DNA from: Tubulanus polymorphus
Taxonomy: Eukaryota; Animalia; Nemertea
Assembly: GCF_964204645.1 (NCBI RefSeq)
Contig: NC_134036.1
Span: forward strand, 124,001-188,000
DNA length: 64,000 nt
Reading direction: 5' to 3'
The notes under the pieces are model-generated. The model was given only the letters and a program-made list of their open reading frames with translations. It was not told where the DNA came from and searched no databases. Below are positions 54,201 through 64,000 of the stretch, piece after piece (the first letter of the stretch is position 1; each line of letters opens with the position of its first letter). A program made the position numbers and the translations under genes.

Positions 54201-54549
54201 TGGCATATCACCTGAACTTCTATGTTCCTCTTGTTTTCTATCTAGGATGCTGTCAGCAGTTTTACAGTTTTTAGTTCAAACAGATATTTATCCCATCAGC
54301 AGCAATGTTATTATTTAGTCCTCGTGGACATAAAGTTCACTATAACTGAAGTCAAGTTCTCGCAATATTTGTTCGTTTGTTTGTTTATCCAGTCGCTGAG
54401 TCCGAACACTGCCCACACGTATTTATCCAGTTCATCTGATGTAGTCCTGATCATCAAACACAAACGTCAATAGTTCCACCATATTGATGACAAACATCCT
54501 AAAAATATACATGAAACTTAATAGATTTAAGGCAATCAATCAAACATAC

Positions 54550-55330
54550 AGAGTTAGAGTTAAGTCTAGTAACCGGTGTATCAGAGAAATGGCAATCTAA
54601 GGTACCCCCAAAATGAGGGTTAGGGGTCAAATATTTTTTGTCTCCGATTTCGATGAAATTTAGTACAGACATGTATTCTGGGGTGCTGATCACAAATCTG
54701 AAAGAATTTTTAGGATCCGAGGCCCTAAAAATGAGAAATTCGAATTCTTAGGGGTACCCCCTAAATTTTCAAAAGGCCCTGGGCCCCAGAGTTTTCGAGA
54801 TTTTTGAAATCTGATTGCAGATTTGGAATCAGCACCCCTGAAAATAGTATGGACTAAAATTTTAAGAAAATCGAAGAGATTCGATTTTTTGGCCAAAAAC
54901 GGCAAAAATCTAAGGTCCAGGAGTTTTTTTTGGGCGAAAAATTTTTTTTCTCTGTTTCCTTCGAAACTTGGTAGGAAGATGTATTCCGAGGTGTAGATTC
55001 CGGATATGCAATCAGATTTTAAATAGGAATTCATCTTCATGGGCAAATAAGGGTTTTAATGCCCAAAATATGCACCCCAAAAATGGGGTACAAAGTCAAA
55101 ATTTTTTTTTGGCCCAATTTTAATAAAATTTAGTACAGACATGTTTTTTGGGGTGCTGATCACGAATATGAAGTTAGTTTTTGGATCTGAGGCCCCTAAA
55201 ATTAGATATTCACGATTTTGTGTTTTGACCCTTATTTTCGTCACAAATTTTGATAAAATTTGGTCCAAAAATACAATTTTTCATCTATTGAGCCAAGTAT
55301 TCAATTAATTTTTAGGTAAAAATTGATGCT
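54550..55330. repeat. Copy of the GGGGTGCTGATCAC complex repeat
   Basis: Colinear with 38280-38930, then follows the 59100-59330 variant. Confidence 0.7.
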
Positions 55331-55587
55331 CTTACTAAAACCATGAATTATAATTCCTGCAACACAATTACAGGCTGCTACAAATAACTCCAATGACAAT
55401 TCTTATGAAATGCAGTAAACACTATGTTTACAGATAAACTTCACTCATAAATGTTTCTGAGACTTGAGACTGAAATTCTACTCACCCTAGCAGTAATAAT
55501 AGTCCACTCTGTTCCACAATTCCACATACTGAGTTCCACATCTCCAGGAATCCACCACTGATTATTTTTACGAGTATCAATCCACTT

Positions 55588-55760
55588 ATAGTCCAGTAAG
55601 TTCACGTATAGTCCAGTTAGTTCACATGTAGTCCAGTTAGTTCACATTTAGTCCGGTTAGTTCACATATAGTTCACATGTAGTTGGGTAAGTGCACATAT
55701 AGTTCACACGCAGTCCGGTAAGTTCACGTATAGTCTGGTAAGTTCACTAGTAGTCCAGAA
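55588..55760. repeat. Degenerate about 20-bp tandem repeat
   Basis: TAGTCCAGTTAGTTCACAT(A/G) variants. Confidence 0.75.
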
Positions 55761-55901
55761 GAAGTTGACCGAAGAAGTAAAACTGATGAATTTCAGTTGA
55801 AGTCCACCACGTCCAGTATTCATGATGTAGTTGACCCACAATCCGGAAAAGAAAACCTGAAATATAAAATTGAAATCACATTAAGAGAGAGACTGACTGA
55901 A

Positions 55902-56285
55902 AGGTTGGGGGAGGATGGGGTGAGAGGTTGAGGGAGGATGGGGTGAGAGGTTGGGGGAGGATGGGGTGAGAGGTTGAGGGAGGATGGGGTGAGAGGTTGA
56001 GGGAGGATGGGGTGAGAGGTTGAGGGAGGATGGATTGAGAGGTTGGGGGAGGATGGGGTGAGAGGTTGAGGGAGGATGGGGTGAGAGGTTGAGGGAGGAT
56101 GGGATGAGAGGTTGAGGGAGGATGGGGTGAGAGGTTGAGGGAGGATGGGGTGAGAGGTTGAGGGAGGATGGGGTGAGAGGTTGAGGGAGGATGGGGTGAG
56201 AGGTTGAGGGAGGATGGGATGAGAGGTTGAGGGAGGATGGGGTGAGAGGTTGAGGGAGGATGGGATGAGAGGTTGAGGGAGGACA
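55902..56285. repeat. 23-bp G-rich tandem repeat, about 16 copies
   Basis: GAGGTTGAGGGAGGATGGGGTGA. Confidence 0.93.
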
Positions 56286-56864
56286 GGTTGAGATTAGGAT
56301 GGTTGAAAAGGGAAGCAAGACGTGGTAGGCAAAAGTAAATCAGCAGTTTTCAGCACTTGTTTACTGGATTAACAGATTATTATTTTTGCACAACTCTGCT
56401 GATACGAGTTGCTGTGGGAGTAAGATGGTGAAACTGGTCGAGTCAGCTGGTGGAACCTGCTACTAGCATGGCCTATACTAGCGAAAGTGGTTATTGACAC
56501 CGAGTGAGGTCCCTGTGTAGTGAGGTCACTGAGTGAGGTCCCCTGTATCTGCGAGTCCACTGCGTGAGCCCCCCCCCCCCCCTGTGTCCCTGGAAGACAT
56601 GAAATCTCATTCTTTTACTTACTTATACGACGGGCCTAATTCTAAGTGTCAGAGTAGGTGAGTAGGACGTCGTGGTTAAAAACACTTGAGGTTCTTGATG
56701 ACACGAAATCTCATGAATTCTTATCTTTTTAACTAATATCAAAGTTCGTACATTTAGAATCATTGTGGCTTTAAATTCTTTATCAATTGAGAGAATAGTT
56801 TCATCGTAAATAAAGAATTAGCGATTGAATTGAGCGCGCTCCACAGTGCGTGATTTCCATGCTG

Positions 56865-57490
56865 ACCGTCTAGTGCTGCCCCTATGTATAACGATAGCGG
56901 GTAAAACGTGAACTAATACAATACTCGCTTGCCAGAGTCTTCGAACGGCCGTAGTGGACGAAATAATTACCGATTTGCGGGCCGAATCCGAGGAAAATTC
57001 ACAAACTCAGAAAACTGTTCTGAAACGTTTGAACCATGCAATTTTCTATAAGAGAATAAGCATTAAAAGAGTAAATTTGAATCGGGATATTTCTAGTATC
57101 GTCTGGCAGAGAGCGACAGGTGTTTGTATGTTCTCCGCTTATTTGCACGCAACTAAAATAATATCGAAGGAAGATATGAAGATTTTGTTTATTCAGATGA
57201 TAAATGATCATTCAAAAATGTAAATGAATAATTTATTCTGTATATAAATAGTAATAAATTGATGTGAAGTGAATTTTAGCTAAAAAATGAATATCGTTAC
57301 TTAAAAAATAAGGAAATATCATTCAAAAATTCAGAACGTATTCATAATATCATATTTAATCAGAATTAGACGACAAACTGGTCCGTTTTGTACGTAATAA
57401 GGAAATTTATATTCCGGCGGTAAATATTCGCCGCTATTTTAGTTCACAGAAATCCCGCCATCGTTATTCATAGGGGCAGCACTGTACGGT
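56865..57490. mobile_element. About 630-bp inverted-repeat module, copy C
   Basis: Colinear diverged homolog of 36053-36680. Confidence 0.6.
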
Positions 57491-58116
57491 TGATATCAAA
57501 CCAAGCCTAGTCATCTTACTGTGGCATGCGAGTACAACAGATATTTTTTTTAGCCGATTTTCGTTGATCATTTAACACGATTTCGTTGTATATGAATAAT
57601 TCTATCTTCTTCTAAGCTCTATTCAAGAGGATCTTATTCTTATATCGATTTTCAAGCTATTTTTGATAGAACTCATTTGTCGGCGGAATGTTTTAGCATC
57701 CGGTAAAGCGGTAGACTCACATGCCAAAGAAAGAATGTCAGGCAAATTAAGTTTTATTTTCCAAAATAGTGCATTTATCCAACGCTACCATCAACGTTGC
57801 AGCACATGAACCATTAAACATCCTATTTAGGTCGGCCCTTCTTGGTCAGGGTTAAAATCAAACTCTCCCTTATGAAACCAACTACGAATTTGCGCCAAAA
57901 ACTGGAAAAACTTCAGTTGAACCTCGTTAATACGACAAATCTGTGTAAAGACGAAACCAGTTTAATACAACAATTGCATCCCACAAGATTCATAATAACG
58001 AGGTTCCACTTTAACCGGAAAAAAATATTCAGTAACAATCACCACAAAATTAGTGAATAATTAATTAATTGTGAAATTTATTTATTTCAGTGAAAAACGT
58101 GCATCAGAGTTAAATA

Positions 58117-58520
58117 TCAAACTAAAGTCTTGCATAAAGCGAACATGTGATCAACTCCGCAATGAACTGACTGAACTAACCCAGGAATCGAAACCTGAAA
58201 TCAGATTTACAATATCAGACATCAGATTTACAATATCAGACATCAGATTTATGACGCATCACTTTCACACATGTTTCTGGTGCGTTATGTTATTACAGTA
58301 CAGTAGAGTCTGTTCCTAACTCAACAACTCTATGCACCGTCGTGGAGAAATAAACTTGAAATTAAATTTCTTTCCAAAATATGGAGTGAGTGATGTTTTA
58401 GGAGTGTTTTAAATCTAGAGAAATCGAGACTTACCTTAAACGGTAAGAATTGATCGTCCATGTTTCCTAAACCTAAGGAGCCATGTTTATTTCTACCCCA
58501 CACGTACAGATCATTGTTAT
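58117..58520 (-). pseudogene. RCC1L: Last two coding exons of RCC1L/WBSCR16 (gene fragment, intact frame)
   Basis: Exon 58520-58435 DNNDLYVWGRNKHGSLGLGNMDDQFLPFK and exon 58194-58117 VSIPGLVQSVHCGVDHMFALCKTLV*, matching the RCC1L C-terminal pattern (ELFVWGKN.RGCLG.G...DQYFP..V..PG....VACGVDHM). No upstream RCC1L exons are nearby. Confidence 0.75.
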
Positions 58521-60138
58521 CTACAATATAATAACATTGCAAACATTGTAACATCATTCTAGACGCTAGGCTAGGGATTGATAGAGAGAGGGAGCAGGGT
58601 TTATGTATAGGGGGAGTAGGACCAGGGAGTTTCACAGAGTAACTAGCATGTCTCCAGCCTCGATTGCCTACATACCTATTGATAACTATTAAAATGGACT
58701 CTACTTGGTTCATCTTGGTTTATCTGGTTCGTCCTGGTTCATCTTGGTTTATCTGGGTTCGTCCTGGTTAATCTTGGTTTATCTGGGTTCATCCTGGTTC
58801 ATCTTGCACCATCTGCTCCACTGCATCAATGTCTGTATAATGTTCAAATCAATTCTCTACTGATTGTAGGTAAAGGGGGAATCAGTGACCACCATAACAT
58901 CCGTCAATAGTTCCACCATATTGATGACAAACATCCTAAAAAATATACATGAAACTTGATAGATTTGAGTTAGAGTTAGAGTTAAGTCTAGTTACCGGTG
59001 TATCAGAGAAATGGCAATCTAACGTACCCCTCAAAATGAGGGTTAAGGGTCAAATATTTTTTTTTTTTGCCCATTTATGATAAAATTTAGTACAGACATG
59101 TTTTTTGGGGCACTGATCACGAATATGAGTTAGTTTTTGGATTTGAGGCCTCTAAAATGAGATATTCAGGATTTCATGTTTTGACCCGTCACAATTTTCA
59201 TGAAATTTGGTCCAAAAATACGATACGATTTTTTATTAAATGATGCCAAATATTCAATTAAGGTAGAAATTGATGCTCTTCCTAAAACCATGAATTATAA
59301 TTCCTGCAACACAATTACAGGCTGCTATAACTCAATAGACAATAACAAGTTTTCACCACTTTTTCCACATAGTCATGTCCCTACAACATAATCAGTGGTG
59401 CTACCATGGAGACCTGTCCAGATGGCACTTAAGAGGTCATTTCTTCATATCTCTGAGGGTAGGGGTAACAGGGGCAATCGTCTCGGTCATCAAGTTCCTT
59501 GAACTCTTGACAAAGGCAGCTTTCAAAAGTACAATTACAGGAAGGCATCAAAAGCTTGGAAAAACCAAAGGTGCTCCAGTGAGTGTTGTAAATAGTGGAA
59601 AAACGATAATCTGTTAATCCTTGTGTCTATTATATATATAAAATAACGTTATATTAGATACATACTATAACTATAGACACTGTGGATTAACAGATTCTTG
59701 TTTTTACACAAAACGAGCCACTGTGTGCTGGGAGAAAACCGGCAGTGAAACTGCTGAAACTGCTGAACATGTGGAAAAGAGGAGGAATTAACAGGAATTG
59801 TAACAACAGCTCATCAAGATTTGTGAAACTATCGCCTGCGCCTGAGCTCAGTGCACGCGGCTAGAGTACGGCCTAATAAAAAAGTGAAACTTGAAAGTGG
59901 TAGCCAACAAGCAGAAAGGTTATTGTCACTGGAGTTGTAGCCTACTCCAGTGACAATGTAGGTCACTGCTGTGTCTATGAGGGCAAAACATCTCATGAAT
60001 TCTTACCTTTTTAACCAATTCGTACATTTAGAGTCATTGTGGCTTTAAAGTCTTTATCAATTGCATAATTTAGAGAATAGTTTCATTGTCAATAAAGAAT
60101 GAATTGAGTGCGCTCCACAGAGCGCGATTTCCATATCG

Positions 60139-60755
60139 ACCGTCTTGTGCTGCCCCCATGTATAAAGATAGCGGGGAAAACGTGAACTAATATAATACTC
60201 GCTTGCCGGAGTCTTCGAACGGCCGTAGTGGACGAACTAATTACCGATTTGCGGGCCGGATTGCGAGGAAAATTCTCAAACTCTTAAAACTGCTTTTACA
60301 CGTTTGAACCAAACTCTTTTTCTATCAAAGAAAAAGCCTTAAAAGAGGAAATTTGAATTGGGATATTTCTAGTATCGTCTGGCAGAGAGCGAGAGGTGTT
60401 TGAATGTTCCCTGATTATTTGCGCGCAATTCGAAGGAAAAATAGAAGGTTTGTCAATTCAAATGATAAATGATCATTCAAAATGTAAATGAATAATTCAT
60501 TATGTATATAGTACTAATTAATTGAAGCTAATTTGAATTTTAGCTAAAAAATTGAATATCGTTTCCTAAAAAAATAAGGAAATATCATCTAAAATTCGGA
60601 ACGTATTTATAATATCATATTTAATTAGAATTAGGCGACGCACTGGTCTATATTGTATATAATAAGGAAATTTATATTCCGGCGGTAAATATGCACCGCT
60701 ATTTTAGTTCACAGTAATTCCGCTATCGTAATTCATAGGGGCAGGACTGTACGGT
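60139..60755. mobile_element. About 620-bp inverted-repeat module, copy D, followed by a partial tandem copy about 61050-61528
   Basis: Colinear diverged homolog of 36053-36680. The right half and its flank are repeated about 770 bp downstream. Confidence 0.6.
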
Positions 60756-62142
60756 TAACATCTGACTTAGCTTCGCTATCTTACTGTGGCATGCGAGTAA
60801 TACAGATATTTTTCTTTGGCGAATTTCGTTCATAATTTAACACGATTTCGTTGTATATCAATAATTCTATTAACTTTTAAGCTATATAGAAGAGGGTCTT
60901 ATCTACAAAATGATTTTCAAACCATTTTTTATAGAACTCTTTTGTCAGCGGAATGTATTAGCATCCGGTAAAACGGTAGACTCACATGCCACAGGAAGAA
61001 TTTCAAGCAAATGATATTTTATTTTTCAAAATATTGGATTCAACTACCACTACCATCAACCACTGTAACCAGAAAAATGCTCTGAAACTATTAGCTAATT
61101 TTTCTATTACAGAATTATCTCAAAGAGTTAACTTGAATCGGGGTATTTTTAGTTTCTCCTGGCAGAGAGCGATAGGTGTTTGTATGTTCTCTTTTCACGC
61201 AATTGAAATATATCGAAGGAAAAATATGGAAGTTTGTCAAATTCAGGATAAATTCAAAAATGTAAATGAATAATTCATTCTGTATAAATACTAATTAATT
61301 GATAAGTAAGTTATTTTTTAGAAAAAAAAGAATATCGTCACTTAAAAAATAAGGAAATATCATTCAAAAATTAGAAAGTATTCACAATTTCATAATTAAT
61401 CAGAATTAGACGACACAGTGGTCCGTATTGTACGTAATAATGAGATGTATATATGCGGTAAATATGCACCGCTATTTTAGTTCACAGAAATTCCGCTATC
61501 GTTATTCATAGGGGCAGCACTGTACGGTTCATACCTAGCTTTACCTCGCGTTCTTACTGTGGCACGCGAGTAATAGAGAATAGTCGAATTTCGTTCATTA
61601 TTTGGCACGATTTCATTGTATATTGTTAATTCTTTTAACTTGTTAGCTTCATCTAAGAGGATCTTCTTTTTAAAACGATTTTTAAGCCATTTTTATAGAA
61701 CTCTTTTGTCAGCGGATTGTATTATCATCCGCTAAAAAAGCGGTAGACTCACATGCCACAGGAAGAATTTCAATCAAATTAAATTTTATATTCAAAAATT
61801 GAGCATTCAACCAACACTACCATCAAAGTTGCAGTACGCAAATCATTAAACATCCTATTTATGTCGACCTCTCTTGGTCAGGGTTAAAATTGAACCCTTC
61901 CTAATGAAACCAACTACAAATTTGCGCCAAAAACTGGAAAAACTTCAGTTGAACCTCGTTAATACGACAAAGACGAAACCAGTTTAATACAACAATTGCA
62001 TCCCACAAGATTCATATCAACGAGATTCCACTGAAACTAGAACAGAAAATCAGTAACAACCACCACAAAATTGGTGAATAATTGATAGATACATTTATTT
62101 ATTAATTTCATTGAAAAATGTATCATGCATCAGAGTTAAATA

Positions 62143-62546
62143 TCAAACTAAAGTCTTGCATAAAGTGAACATGTGATCAACGCCGCAATGAACTGACTGA
62201 ACTAACCCAGGAACCGAAACCTGAAATCAGATTTACAATATCAGACATCAGATTTACAATATCAGACATCCGATTTATGACGCATCACTTTCACACATGT
62301 TTCTGGTGCGTTATGTTATTACAGTACAGTAGAGTCTGTTCCTAACTCAACAACTCTATGCACCGTCGTGGAGAAATAAACTTGAAATTAAATTTCTTTC
62401 CAAAATATGGAGTGAGTGATGTTTTAGGAGTGTTTTAAATCTAGAGAAATCGAGACTTACCTTAAACGGAAAGAATTGATCGTCCATGTTTCCTAAACCT
62501 AAAGAGCCATGTTTATTTCTACCCCACACGTACAGATCATTGTTAT
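62143..62546 (-). pseudogene. RCC1L: Last two coding exons of RCC1L/WBSCR16 (fragment, or 3' end of a gene lying beyond the window)
   Basis: Exons 62546-62461 and 62220-62143 have open frames and intact splice sites. Confidence 0.7.
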
Positions 62547-63024
62547 CTACAATATAATAACATTGCAAACATTGTAACATCATTCTAGACGCTAGGCTAG
62601 GGATTGATAGAGGGAGGGAGCAGGGTTTATGTATAGAGGGAGCAGGGCCAGGGAGTTTCACAGACTAACTAGCATGTCTCCAGCCTCGATTGCCTACGTA
62701 CCTATTGATAACTATTAAAATGAGACATCAATTTCTAGCAGTACTTCCATTAGTCACGACTCTACTTGGTTCATCTTGGTTTATCTGGTTCATCCTGGTT
62801 AATCTTGGTTTATCTGGGTTCGTCCTGGTTCATCTTGGTTTATCTGGGTTCGTCCTGGTTCATCTTGCACCATCTGCTCCACTGCATCAATGTCTGTAAC
62901 GTTCAAATCAATTCTCTACTGATTGTAGGTAAAGGGGGAATCAGTGACCACCATAACATCCGTCAATAGTTCCACCATATTGATGACAAACATCCTAAAA
63001 AATATACATGAAACTTGATATATT

Positions 63025-64000
63025 TGAGTTAGAGTTAGAGTTAAGTCTAGTTACCGGTGTATCAGAGAAATGGCAATCTAAGGTACCCCCAAAATGAGGG
63101 TTAGGGGTCAAATATTTTTTGTCTCCAATTTCGATGAAATTTAGAATAGACATGTATCCTTGGGTACTGATCACAAATCTGAAAGAATTTTTAGGATCCG
63201 AGGCCCTAAAAATGAGAAATTCGAATTCTTAGGGGTACCCCCTAAATTTTCAAAAGGCCCTGGGCCCCAGAGTTTTCGAGATATTCGAAATCTGATTGCA
63301 GATTTGGAATCAGCACCCCTGAAAATAGTAAGGACTAAAATTTTAAGAAAATCGAAGAGATTCGATTTTTTGGCAAAAAACGACAAAAATCTAAGGTGTT
63401 AGTCCAGGGTTTTTTTTTGGGCGAAAAATTTTTTTTCTCTGATTCCATCGAAACTTGGTAGGAAGATGTATTCTGAAGTGTAGATTCCGGATCCGCAATC
63501 AGATTTTGAATCGGAATTCATCTTCATTGGCAAATAAGGGTTTTAATGCCCAAAATATGCACCCCAAAAATGGGGTACAAAGTCAATTTTTTTTTTTGGC
63601 CCAATGTTAACTAAATTTACTACAGACATGTTTTTTGGGGTGCTGATGACGAAAATGAAGTTAGTTTTTGGATCCAAGGCCCAAAAAATGAGAAATTCGA
63701 ATTTTTTGGGGGGGACCCCCTAGATTTACAAAAGGCCTTGGACCCCAGATCTTTCGAGATATTTAAAATCTGATTGCAGATTTGCAATCCGCATCCCTGA
63801 AAATAGTAAGGACTAAAATTTCAAGCAAATCGAAGAGATTCGATTTTTTCGCCAAAAATTCCAAAAATCTAAGAAAATTAGTTTTTGGATTGAAGTGCCA
63901 AACAAGAGAAATCCAGGATTTTATGTTTTTAGCCCCTTCAAATTGACCTGTTGATGTCTTTTTTACAGCTGATATCAAATACTAAATCAATTTTTAGATA
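63025..64000. repeat. Copy of the GGGGTGCTGATCAC complex repeat
   Basis: Colinear with 38280-39240. Confidence 0.7.

Noticed and set aside
56842-56848. CACAGTG as an RSS/ProtoRAG-Transib terminus
   Set aside because: No properly spaced nonamer, and the heptamer is not conserved in the sister copy (CACAGAG at about 60116).

Overview
This is eukaryotic, intron-containing, AT-rich invertebrate DNA with CpG not depleted. It looks lophotrochozoan, but that is inference. Four intact spliced genes can be built by hand: an LRMDA-like leucine-rich-repeat gene (+, 741-3506) with a 17-nt microexon and a U12-type AT-AC intron; a THAP + AT-hook + ZNF280/POGZ-type C2H2 zinc-finger gene (-, 4600-13688); a RUSC1/2 (iporin)-like RUN+SH3 gene (-, 16973-27115); and VPS72/YL1 (+, 31715-35453), head-to-head with the RUSC-like gene. 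The dominant structure is an inverted segmental duplication of at least 10.3 kb (1-10292 vs 40548-51165). It yields a second intact LRMDA-like gene and a 5'-truncated, nonsense-mutated copy of the zinc-finger gene. A separate family of about 3-4 kb units (about 36.0-39.3, 54.5-55.4 partial, 56.7-59.3 and 60.0-64.0 kb) carries a 630-bp inverted-repeat module, the last two exons of RCC1L/WBSCR16 and a complex repeat. The terminal motif of that module (ACCGTACAGTGCTGCC) is also arrayed four times beside the duplication breakpoint. Many mini/microsatellites, MITEs, tRNA-derived SINE heads and transposon relics are present. There is no CRISPR array or prokaryotic system.
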